Below are positions 10,234 through 21,616 of a stretch of DNA of 47,147 nucleotides, piece after piece. The notes beneath the pieces are model-generated. The model saw nothing but the letters and a program-made list of their open reading frames with translations. It searched no databases and had not been told where the DNA came from. Source of the DNA: Eremomyces bilateralis CBS 781.70 (Eukaryota); NCBI GenBank assembly GCA_010015585.1, contig ML975174.1; one strand, 5' to 3'. The translations under genes were made by a program, and so were the position numbers. Numbering within the stretch: the first letter of the stretch is position 1; each line of letters opens with the position of its first letter.

Positions 10234-13200
10234 GGGGGATCGTGGGTGTATAGGGAATTGGTTACGAGATGGGGTTCGGACGGAGGCGATTTTACTCGAG
10301 CTCATTTTTGACGCGGACAGCGTCCATTCCTTCTGACGAAGGCGTTTCGAGGGCAGGCGTCACTGGATACGGCCACGCTGGCATATTACCTATTTTTTTG
10401 GATTTCTTCTTCAAGTCACCAGGCGTTCTTGGATATGCGACAGTTATCGTCACTCCGAACGAGAGCTTTAGTCTATGAACGCCCATTCCTATCCCCCGTA
10501 GTACATCTGTGTTTTCCATGCTACCTTTGCGTTTCGTGATAGCACCGCACTAGCTTTCGCCCACATCAGGATATCGTACATCTCCTTACTCCTGAAAAGC
10601 CACTAGCCACGGATTTCAACGATACCAAGGCCACTCCCCCTGACAGAAAATCCGAACCCCTTGAAGTCCCTTGCAACAGCGACACCACCGCAAACAAAGA
10701 TGTCATGCTCCTCGCACTCCATCGCAAACCCGATCGTTAGGCCCGCATGGATTCTATCTGCAGCCCGCATGGATCCTCTCTGCAGCCCCCAACCGCTGTA
10801 TCCATTATCCCACGACGTGCACCTCCACGCACCAGTCCCTGCCGTGCGCAGCCATGGATGCTCCGTACCTGCATGGATTCCCACCACTCGTGTACCCTTG
10901 GCATTACTTATGGTGGTCGACGCACATAGGTGATAGTCTGATAGAGGACGGAGGACAGGTCACATCGATGCGCCGAGAGAGACAGACATGGATATCTGGA
11001 ATTCTGGAGGCCTGGTGTGACGCGTTGCCGCGGCGGTCCACCGTCTCGGCTGCATCTGCCAGGAACCGGACCGATGCCGACGGACGCGGGAGTCTCAAGT
11101 TGCCGTGTTCGGTGCCGCGGAGCCTAGGAGATTTCCCATCGGCAATACAGGAGTCAGCGATACGGTTTCATGATTCCCCCCCAAATCTACGGACGTTACG
11201 ATAATAGGAGCGCCCAGCGTTCAGCGTTCATCGTTCTAGAATCGAAACCATCTCAGAGCCGAGAAAAGGGACAACTCATCCAAGCTGGTGTTACACCGTT
11301 ATTAATAGTCCATGCTACAATGATTGAAAACGCGGTTGATGTTTCAGTTTTGAACGGTTATCTCCGCTCCCACTTATTCTTGAGATGATGTATGGACATC
11401 AGGGGTATGGACTGTGGACAGGAATTACCTAGCTGACGATCAGATGGGGTGGTAATTAGGGTCTAGGAGAGGAAATGAGCAATCATATGTTGGTCGTGTA
11501 ACTAAAATTTGATGAATGCTTATTGCTTTCTCATTTCTGGCGCCGTTCGATCATCGGTATTTGGTGTATACCATTCTGGTCGTGATGCTGCATCCAACAG
11601 ACACGACAACCATGATATATCTGTCGCCAGTGACCAGTCACCACTCACCAGCTAGCCATCCATCCGCCATCTCAATCGAATATCCTGATTTCAGGATCTT
11701 CAGCTCATCTCGATTCTAGCCCTATTATGGACCCCCATCCCATTTCCTCTGGGTCGCTTAGTCGCATCTTCATTTCGGGGATCCATCCGTGCGCTCTGCC
11801 TTGTGCGCCGGTGCCGTCGTGCGACTTGTCAATTGTCATCAGATTCAGGGACGCAGGCGAGTCATCTAAGCTTGTGCGTACCTGGCGTTTGAATTCTGGA
11901 TCCAGGATTCGCATGGGAGGCAGGGAGCGAGGTGGATTGGAATGAGTTGCCGGATCGCGTCTTGGACTTTGGAGGTCAAGAGGCGCGTAATAGTGGATGC
12001 TTACTGCTAAAATCTCACCAGTTACCACCACGTGAAATTCACAACGAGTCAACTCATCTTGGAACATGGCAGCAGGGGAGCCTGGACTGGATATCAAGAT
12101 GATTAATGGTTAATGTGTACAGATGGTTGCGCCCTGTGCGGGAAAGGAACGGGCCTTCCAGAGCTCAAGACCGGGTCGGCTGAATCTCTCGATAGTCTTG
12201 AATAACGATGAATCGGACGAATTGCCAAAGACAGACTCGACATGTATCGGGATTCGGTAGATAGCAACATGCGCCCTCCAGCCTTACTATGTAGTATGTA
12301 CATCTCATTTGCTTTGGTCTTTCCATGTGGACATCGTCGGGAGTCCCGACCATCGGTAGCCATAAGCCAAGGCATTGTCCGTGCGAAGCTGTGAATTGGT
12401 CTCATGGTCTGGGTGACGAGTTGCACGTATCGAATAATTAGCACATCGGGATTCAGTTGTTTCGCTTCGACCCGCCGAGTTCGAGATTAAGGCTTGTGAC
12501 GGCATCGGGATCGAATGGTGTTGGGTCCTAGATATTTTTCATAGAGTGGACAGTTGTACCATAAGCCCATAGCCATAAGGGTAAAGGGAGAGCTGTTGCT
12601 TGCGGTGTTACGATGCCGTTCATCCTGTAAACTCCATCTTCGCTCGTTCCATTCACATCGCCATATGCCAACGGATACCTATTGTTTATACCCTATTGTC
12701 TATACCTATTATCTATTGTTCAACCTTATTGTATACCACTCTCACCTGCTAGTCTCGGTGTATTTGCTTATTCCTTAGCATCCCTCGATACCCATCATTG
12801 CCCATCCTGGTGTTAGCTAAACCTCCCCCTGTTGCTGATCCGTCGTCGTTCGCTTCACCAGACAGTGCGGAGTTGTCCGTCTTAGCTAGCAGTCTAGCAC
12901 CGAGAACTCCCCTCCCCAACTGCCTCACATTCGGTGAGAGGTGCTCGAAAAGTGCATCGATCACTTCCGATGACGGCCTGCCTTAACCTCCACCAATCGC
13001 CCTTTTCGAACCTAAACCCTCCATGTCCCTCGACATACATATCCTCGACATACACATGATCGATGCGCGCTGACCGTCGGCTGCTCCAACTCTCCCAAAC
13101 TCCTCCCAACGCCCCCGGACGAACGCCGTATATATAGACCGAAGCTACCTGGAGTAAGGTGGATGCTTTCACCGGGACCTGGGCTGTTGGTGTGACGGAG

Positions 13201-13256
13201 AAGGTTGTTTCCGATTCATCTTCGCGGAGGTTCTAGTACGGGGAGTGGACAATTCG

Positions 13257-16200
13257 ATGATGCGCGAGATGGATACGAATCGCTCGCTGCGACGTCGCAA
13301 CGACCAGCGCCGACGGGAATTATCTCCCGTCTCGTCCTCCTTCGCCACCGACCGACCGCGGATCGATGAGCGTGAACTGCGAAATATCCCCGCATTGACA
13401 GACCGGTCGGTGTCGGGGTCCAGTTCCCTCTACTCGAACCGCAATCCCATGGGATCCACCATCCGCACTGTGACACCGGACTCCATTCCAGAAGGCCACA
13501 CTTCCGTCACCACGCCAGTCAACGAAGATGACCCGGACTTCCTTTCTTCCGCGCCCGCATCGCCGCAAATCACCCCGAGAAACCCCTTCGATCTTGACCG
13601 CCAAGACCCATCCACCATACGGGAAACTCTACCACCACTTCCACCGCGTCCTTTGCTATCCAGGCCGGGTTCGAGCGATCGAATACCCTCCCTTCGCAAC
13701 GTGAGGGAACTTCGGGCGTCTGGAGACTCTCATTCACAAAACCGTCCGCGCACCCGCACCCTGGACGAGGTGCGGGAGTCGAGCCCCTCGACGCGGTTAA
13801 TCAAGGGACGGGGCCGGATTGGTTCGGTGCATTCGAGCAGTCCTACGCGGCAGTATCAAACCTTAGAGGAGACAGTCATGTCGATTGGACATCCGTCTAC
13901 CGTCCCGGCATTCGCGCTCCAGAACCGGTCGGTAAGCAATCGGAACCGTTTGGTCAAAGCGCCACCAAGGACAGCGGATAGCTTCAATTCCAACTCCATC
14001 GACCCCGTGAACATCGGGCAACCGGAGAGCTTCCCAACGCCAGTCCAAGCGACCAACGCGCGGAGGATCCTCGAACTCATGCGATCGTCGTGCGGCAGAA
14101 TGGAAGGAAGGCTCGCGTTCCGGAGAGGGAACGTCGACCAGTGGACATTGGCGTACTGTAGCGTGAACGAAGAGGCCGGGAGCTTGGTGTATGAGATATA
14201 CAGCAACAAGAACGACATGAACCCAAAGACCTTGATCCCCGACCTTCGAAGCTGTCAGATCCGCACCGGCTTCGATGGCGAAGGTCGCATGCCGTACTTG
14301 GATGTGTGTCCGCACTGCTCCAACCTCGAAGTCCACCTTCGCCCGCACACCCAGGATGAATTCGACTCCTGGTTCGCCGCCCTACTCTGCTGGCAACCCA
14401 TCCGCCCCAAAGGCCTCCAGAATCGCATGACGAAGCCCCAATCGCCGGTGATCAGCGAACGTCGCCTCGCGGACTCCCGCCGCCATTCCGAAGTCTCGTT
14501 GCTCAAGGAGGCGCCCATCATCAAGGTCGGCAAAATGACGTTTTGGGACACCAGCGTTTCGCACAGCAACACAAGTGGCACCCCACGTGGCGTGCGGCCG
14601 CAGGTGCAGCGGATGGAGAGCTTCGCGTCGAAGCGGTGGCGACGCGTATCTTGCACGTTGCGCGAGAACGGTGAGCTCAAGCTCTATTCCGAGTCGGACG
14701 TGACGCTGGTGTCGGTGGTACAATTGTCCCACCTGTCCCGATGCGCCGTGCAGCGATTGGACCCGTCTGTGCTGGATGAAGAGTTTTGCATCGCCATCTT
14801 CCCGCAGTACTCCATGACCTCGACGCACATTTCTCTAGTTCGCCCCATCGTCCTTTCTCTCGACACCCGCGTGCAGTACGAAGTGTGGGTCGTCTTATTA
14901 CGCGCATTTACTATTCCGCAATTATACGGGCCGAAACAACAATCCATCCAGGACGAGAGGTCGTCGCCTCAGCCTTCGCAAGGCCTCTTTAGTCCTACGA
15001 CCGCAGACATGTTCCGTATGGAGCGCTCTTTGAACGTACGGATCATGGAAGCACGCATTATAGATCACTCTTCCTCGAAGGCTCCGGAATCGAGTCATAA
15101 TGGGAAATCCCCCGACCCAGGAAGCCCGTCTATTGCGCACTACGCCGAAATGCAGCTGGATGGCGAGACACGAGCGCGCACTATGGCCAAGGACGGGAAC
15201 AATCCGTTCTGGCGAGAAGAGTTCGACTTCCATGACCTCCCCGACGTCACGTCCATCGCTACGATCCTCGTGAAAAAGAAAATCCCGCAACATCTGCAGA
15301 AGGAGAAGAATAATAAAGACGAAACGAGACGCATCTTTGACGTGCTAAGTTCCTCAGCCAACCATACTTCCAACGGCGGCTACTCCGACGTCAACTTCGA
15401 CGCGACGGTGGGAAAGGTGGATATTGTGCTCGACGACGTTGACCCCGCCAAGGAGGGAGAAAAGTGGTGGCCCCTCGTCAACAGCTACGGCGCCCGCGTC
15501 GGCGAAGCGCTTCTGCGCCTCGAGGCGGACGAGTGTGTCATCCTCATGGCACGCGACTACCAGCCGCTATCGGAACTACTCCACCGCTTCTCCAGCGGGC
15601 TCACGCTACAGATCGCGCACATGGTCCCGGGCGACCTACGACGGTTGAGCGATTGCCTGCTCAACATCTTCCAGGTCAGCGGCACGGCAGGTGACTGGAT
15701 CATGGCGCTCGTAGAGGAAGAGGTTGACGGCACGGTGAAGGAGACCCCCGTGTCGCGGTTGCGGTTCGCGCGGCGGATGGGGTCCAACGAGTCGTCGGAG
15801 AACTTCGGCAGCACGAGCGAGCGTGAGCAGCTGGTGCGCGACCTGGGGAAGAACGCGACGCTGGAGGCGAACCTCCTGTTCCGCGGCAACACCCTGCTAA
15901 CGAAGAGCTTGGACACACATATGAAGCGGCTGGGGAAGGAGTATCTGGACGAGATCCTCGGGGAGAAGTTGACGGAGATCGCGGGGCAGAATCCAGACTG
16001 CGAAGTGGATCCGAATCGGGTGGCGTCGGGAGCGAGCCTCGATCGGAATTGGAAGCGGTTGATCAAGTACACGGAGGAGATCTGGTTTTGTATTTTCCAT
16101 TCGGTCACGCGGTGCCCGCCGGAGTTGCGGCTGATCTTCCGCCATATTCGAGCGTGCGCGGAAGATCGGTATGGGGACTTCTTGCGGTCGGTCAAGTACA

Positions 16201-17391
16201 GCAGCGTGAGCGGCTTCCTGTTCCTCCGGTTCTTTGTGCCGGCAGTGCTCAACCCCAAGCTGTTTGGGCTACTGAAAGGTGTGTCTCGTATCCCAACCGC
16301 CCTATCATGTGCTGAACTCTACAGATCATCCCCAGACACAAGCCCGCCGCACATTAACCCTCATTGCCAAGTCCCTGCAAGGGCTCGCCAACATGAGCAC
16401 CTTCGGCTCCAAAGAGCACTGGATGGAGCCCATGAACGTCTTCCTCACCTCGCACCGCCAAGAATTCAAAACTCTCATCGATAACATCTGCAGCATCCCC
16501 TCCTCCGCGTCCCCCCTCCCCACCCTCACCCCCTCCTACAGCACCCCCATCCAAATCCTCCAACGCCTCCCCCCCACTTCCCGTGAAGGCTTCCCCTCCC
16601 TCCCCTACCTCATCGATCACGCTCGCAACTTCGCCAACCTCGTCGCCCTCTGGCTCGACCGCTCCACGCCCATGGCCAACAACATCCGCCCCTCCGACGG
16701 CGACCTCCTTAAGTTCCACCGCCTCTGCGTCGCCATCGCCGCCCGCACCACCGACTGCCTCGCTCGTGCCGAGCGCGCAGACCGCCCGTCTAGCGCCCTC
16801 AGCGTCCGCTGGGAGGACCTCATAGATCAGCTGGGTCATGTCGCTGGCATCGAGGCGCAGCAGGGCGCCGATTCGCCGCGTCCTAGCCATGGGCAGCAGC
16901 CGTCGCTGAGCGGGTCTGTCGCGAGTACGAATCACACCGAGACCGACGACATGGGGAGCCCGACGGCAATGTGGGCGTCACCGCCAGTAAACGGGTCTGG
17001 GCGACGGGACCGCCGCGATCGGAGTAGCAGCGCGAGTGGCGCGCACGGACCGTATGCGCCATCCAGCGCGAGCACAACAGGGCCGGAGTTCACGCCTCCC
17101 GGCAGCGCGTCCGGAATGGAAGAGCGGAGCACGGGACGCAGTACAGAAATGGAGTTCAGTGCGGGGAGAGCGCTGGATTATCCGCTGGAAGGACGGCGGG
17201 GGAGTAATTTTGCGTTGCATCGGAGTGGACCGAGTAGTACGGTGAGCAGCGACGCGGAGGGGCCGACGGCGTTGCCGCGGTTTGAGCGGCGGGGGAGGGG
17301 AGAGAGGGTGCTGAGGGAGGGGGGGGAGGAGAGGAGGGAGAAGGGGTTTAAGCATGGGTTTATGCCGGGGTTTAAGAAGCGGAAGGGATGA
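13257..17391 (+). CDS. bud2: Ras GTPase-activating protein with PH-like and C2 domains (Bud2/Cla2-like); intron 16279-16324
   Basis: PH-like region (WRRVSCTLRENGELKLY), C2 domain (NPFWREEFDF), RasGAP arginine finger LFRGNT and signature FLFLRFFVPAVLNPKLF; splicing joins the 13245 and 16279 ORFs (LKDHPQ...RTLTLIAKSLQGLAN). Start codon uncertain. Confidence 0.85.
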
Positions 17392-17729
17392 TTAATGGGG
17401 GTGAGCGGTTGATGTGGATGTTCTTGCTGATGTTGTTGATACCAATACCTACCTCTTCATCGGTGGGTAGACGCCGTGTTGGCATGTCATACGTTGGATG
17501 CACGGAAGGCTGGATTCCCACGGCCGGATTAGGTGCCTAGATTTCTCATTCTACAATGGCTTGGTTTGCGATCGGCGATGATACCTACCTTACATATAAA
17601 GATCGACGCGGGAGATGGCGGTTGATAAGCGTTTGCATAGCATATAAACGGGTACCTCGTATCACCGTTGTTGGCTATGGTGACTGTCACCATGTGAATA
17701 TCCATTTCGAGTACTCTGTAAACTGTATG

Positions 17730-18415
17730 GGGGTATCACTAAATGAACACGCACGGTTTTCTCCATGAACACGTTCCCAACCCGGTTTAGTACGGGTCTC
17801 CATAGGAGTCCATCAAGATATAGATCATAGGACATGAGATACGCTCAAAGCAAGCAGAAAAACTATTGTATACTGAATCAGAGATTGAGCATCATGAAAA
17901 AAGCACCACCTGAGGTCCTCCGTGTCTCCTCGGGCTCGTTTCCAGTCCCCATTCCTGTTCCCCCATAAGGCTGTTGAGGTCGGGCGGCGAGGTCTATATC
18001 ATCATCAAGATCGATTGGGAGGTCGAGTATGTCGTTAGGGTCTTGATCAGACGATTCGTCAGTTGATAGTTCTTCAATTTTGTCGCTAATCTGTTCGTCT
18101 CTAGGACCAACCTATCCCCTCCGCGATAAGGCTCTCGAGCCTCATTTCCTATCTCGTCTTCACCGGCATCCGACGAATATCCGTACGCATCGAGGCCGGG
18201 CACTTGGAGACAGAGACGAGCCATTTCAAGGCGCGATTAAGTGACATTTCTACATACAATTGACACCAGACAGATATTGGGAGGTTTGGAGGGGTATGGA
18301 GACATGCACTAAACCGGTTTGGGAACGTGTTCATGTATCAATACGGAACGTGTTCATGTATCAATACGGAACGTGTTCATGGAGAGAACTGGGCGTGTTC
18401 ATTTAGTGTTACCCC
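17730..18415. mobile_element. Non-autonomous DNA transposon (MITE-like) with ~75-bp imperfect TIRs
   Basis: Left end ggggtatcactaaatgaacacgcacggttttctccatgaacacgttcccaacccggtttag matches the reverse complement of the right end (ggggtaacactaaatgaacacgcccagttctctccatgaacacgttcc...caaaccggtttag); no TSD found. Confidence 0.8.
18322..18381 (+). repeat. 23-bp tandem repeat (about 2.6 copies) inside the right TIR
   Basis: ggaacgtgttcatgtatcaatac at 18322 and 18345, partial copy at 18368. Confidence 0.9.
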
Positions 18416-18982
18416 TTAAATACATAGAGAAGACTGAGGAGTCCTGATTAGGCCTAGCCCAGGGGTAGAGGGCAGTGAAAGGAATGTTAGGTGGCAGTAG
18501 AAACTAACATGGGCATCTTGCGACACATTCCAGCTCTTTCGACCAATTGTAGGATTCCTGCTCTTAAGGATCAAGGTCAATCTATCTACGCTCTTTTGGA
18601 ATCTAACGGTGTTTTCCCACTGTGTCGCTGCATTCATCACCTGATTGAGCGATACCGCTATTTAACTCACACATATGCCCAGCCAGTTTGATCAGTGCGG
18701 CTTTAGAAGGCACTTCGAGGAACACGGATACCGAGTCGAGCTGTACAACGCTATTGCGATAATAGCGCTTAAAGAGACTTGCACGAGCATGGCCTATCAC
18801 AAAGCTCCTTAGTTATATCTGAACCAGCTACGTTAAGAAATGATGTTAGCGTGGGAAGCCCTAACAACGCTAAGAAAGTACGTGGATGCAGGGAAATTGC
18901 TGGCATACTACGTAGGAATGTACACAGGAGTGAGAATGTGCCCTTACAATCAATCGCTTCACTAGCACCTCTACTATAGCTA

Positions 18983-20931
18983 CTCGTGCCAGGCTTCCCC
19001 CCCCTCTAGGGTGGGTGCGCCACAGAACAACGCAAACCACAGATCAACGCAAAATCGAGTAAATCAAGCAACAAAACAATCAATTTATTCTACCACGGTT
19101 GAGTATCTATAAAATAAGGGATATTTTCTTGATCCCCAGTAGCTGTAGCAGCTGTTTCACCATTTATTTCTCCCCTGCGAGCCTCCTCTGTGAGCTCACG
19201 TTGCCTTTTCTTCGTATCGCGCGCCCGGCGTCGCTCACGCTTCTCCCACTCCTCCCTCATTTCCGTAGCCTTCCGCTCGTCAATCCGGCGATTTGCATCC
19301 TTAACATAAAGAGGACCTCCTGCATTAACACGTCGACGAGTTGTTTTTCGTTTGCGATTGTGGCTGGCATCTAAATAGCGATCTAAGTCGCTGCCTTGTT
19401 GCGCGCCGAGCTCTGCTTGCAGTAAACTGCCATTGAAAATCTTGTTTATCTTTTTATTAAGCGACGGCGAGACTTCGCCAAGGACATCCTCTATATCCGC
19501 AAGGTTTTTCTTCACCTTCTCAATACTGTGTCGGAGTTTTTGTACATTCTTTGGCGAGGAAAGTTGGGAGGAAGATATAGAGGGGGTCTTTTCACGTTCG
19601 GGTTCGCCGTCCAAAAACTCAAGCACAGGGCCATCATCTGCACATAACTTTTCCAACTCTTTAATAACAAGCTCAGGCTTAATTGGCCATACTCTTCGTC
19701 TTGTCCAGCCGGCGCGGAGAACTCGTGGGGTAAAGGCTTTCTCCCTTATTGCAGGTAGAGCCGAAAGGAACTGCCGATGGTTGAAGCTCTCATCACCCAG
19801 GCGTGCAGCCTCATTGACAGCCTTTGCATGCCAGTGCTTGTACTGCTGAAAAGGGATTCCATCCAGAGGTTGTAAATGGTGTGTCATGTGTGGTGGAAGG
19901 AAGTAAGGAATAATTCGGCGGTCCTCACAGAATTTGAGGAAGTCGTATGTCAGGTGTGAACCATGGTTGTCAAGTAAGAGGAGCCGGTATTCAGAAGATA
20001 TAGCTGGGCGCGTCTCTATATCGAAATGATGAATCCAATCATATCCTCCTTCATCAGTGATATACCCATTAGGTGTAAGGGTGATCATCCAGTTGTCTGG
20101 AAGCCCACAATCCTTATACCAATCCAGATGGTATGAGCCTGCCAGAACAAGAAAGGGGTTAGTTGGTTTGCCTTCAGCAGAGATACATTCAATGACAGTG
20201 ACCAATTTCCGTGTCATGGCACTTCCGATGTTTGCATTTGCTTCAGGAAAAGCAGTTATAACCTTCTCAACCTTTCCCTGGCCAATCTGGAAGCCTGTCT
20301 CATCCATGTTGTAGATGTTGCATGGGCGGATGTGATGGCTTTTGATAGCAATCTCCCAGCGATCATAAAAAGTCTGCACTATCCCAATATCTTCAGCCTG
20401 TATACGCTTAGGATCCATTGGACGCTGTTTAATGCGCTTATATTCGGGTGGAAGGCGTTTAAGGAAGCGGTACGTCCACATTTTTGAGACTGTTGGAGGT
20501 GGGGTTTCTGGGTTTGCGTGGTTTCGAGAGAGGATGGCATTGGCGCAATTTGTCACCATTTCAGCAGTCGGCGGGCGGCCAGCTTCGTCAAGCTGTTTGA
20601 TCCAGTGTTTAACTGCATCCTCCTGTGCTTTATCAAGTATTCGGTTGGCAGGCTTTGGAGCTTTCTTCGACGGCTTGCCATTGATACGTGATCGAAGGGC
20701 GTAGTAAGGAACGCGATACTCGTTGTGTAACGACGTGATATTTTTATTTTCACCACGTCGGTACTCGGTGACAGCTGCAAGGATTCGACTCTCTTGATCA
20801 TCTTCCTCAGGAGGCATGTTGGTGTTGAGATAATTAACTATTTGAGTTGAATTTACAGATTTTGCGTTGTTGTGTGGTTTGCGTTGATCTGTGGCGCACC
20901 CACCCTGGAGGGGGGGGAAGCCTGGCACGAG
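18983..20931 (-). mobile_element. Full-length Fot1/pogo-type Tc1-mariner DNA transposon with TA target site duplication
   Basis: TA|ctcgtgccaggcttcccccccctc..gggtgggtgcgccacaga.caacgcaaaccaca...caacgcaaaatc at both ends in inverted orientation (~73 bp); TA at 18981-18982 and 20932-20933; encloses a transposase ORF. Confidence 0.95.
19090..20817 (-). CDS. Fot1/pogo transposase (HTH + CENP-B-type HTH + DDE_1 domain), 575 aa, uninterrupted
   Basis: DDD triad motifs YNMDETGF, LLLLDNHGSH and LQPLD; ECISAEG; LPPHMTHHLQP; first ATG inside the TIR boundary at 20817. Confidence 0.95.
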   Translation of the reverse strand: MPPEEDDQESRILAAVTEYRRGENKNITSLHNEYRVPYYALRSRINGKPSKKAPKPANRILDKAQEDAVKHWIKQLDEAGRPPTAEMVTNCANAILSRNHANPETPPPTVSKMWTYRFLKRLPPEYKRIKQRPMDPKRIQAEDIGIVQTFYDRWEIAIKSHHIRPCNIYNMDETGFQIGQGKVEKVITAFPEANANIGSAMTRKLVTVIECISAEGKPTNPFLVLAGSYHLDWYKDCGLPDNWMITLTPNGYITDEGGYDWIHHFDIETRPAISSEYRLLLLDNHGSHLTYDFLKFCEDRRIIPYFLPPHMTHHLQPLDGIPFQQYKHWHAKAVNEAARLGDESFNHRQFLSALPAIREKAFTPRVLRAGWTRRRVWPIKPELVIKELEKLCADDGPVLEFLDGEPEREKTPSISSSQLSSPKNVQKLRHSIEKVKKNLADIEDVLGEVSPSLNKKINKIFNGSLLQAELGAQQGSDLDRYLDASHNRKRKTTRRRVNAGGPLYVKDANRRIDERKATEMREEWEKRERRRARDTKKRQRELTEEARRGEINGETAATATGDQENIPYFIDTQPW

Positions 20932-21616
20932 TATATAGCCCGAGAGTATCTGTAAAGCTAGCAGATTTACCTAGTCGCGCGCTCTGGTAGTAGAGATTCA
21001 TATACTAAACCGATTTAACTAGCTAGCTAGATATCTTTTCTAAACAATGGGAATCGTCACTAACAACTTGCGTTGCGTCTCTGCAGTACTCTAACTGCGT
21101 TTAGGCAGCGAACTTGCTTAATCATCACCCCCGCGTAATGCAAGTTTATGCAACAGTTGCAGGCTGAGGAATCGATCCACAGTAGCATCTGGTTAGCCGT
21201 TAGATTTCGGTCTACTAGTAGTCCAGTAAGCTGTTGAGAAAATCAGATATTAGACCGGCGCCGTCGGTCTAACTATTCCCCCGTGTAGAGCTAACTTAGC
21301 GCAAGGTCTCTCTTGTATAGATCTGGTGGATCTGACAGGAGCGAGATTACACCTTACTACACAATGTGGTCCTTTCGACAGCCCGTTTCAACCCTCCTAA
21401 TATGATCACTGTTGTGCTAACTATTGCACAATTGATAATATGGATGTCTGCTTTATAATTCTTTGATTATGAATTCGAGCGACCAATTCGATTTCGAGGG
21501 AACGCCTTGCGCATCTGCGCTTCAGTTTCGCCATTGCCATGGAATATATAAGTATTGCTTGAATCATTCCTCTCTACTTTGCATTCAGTTCATTTTCAAA
21601 GTCATTTGCATCTGCC

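Noticed and set aside
18322..18381. CRISPR-like repeat array
   Set aside because: Eukaryotic context, identical intervening sequences and only about 2.6 units; it is a tandem expansion inside a TIR
20818..20928. N-terminal extension of the transposase in the ORF track (MPGFPPL...)
   Set aside because: Starts at a GTG inside the TIR; the real start is most likely ATG 20817
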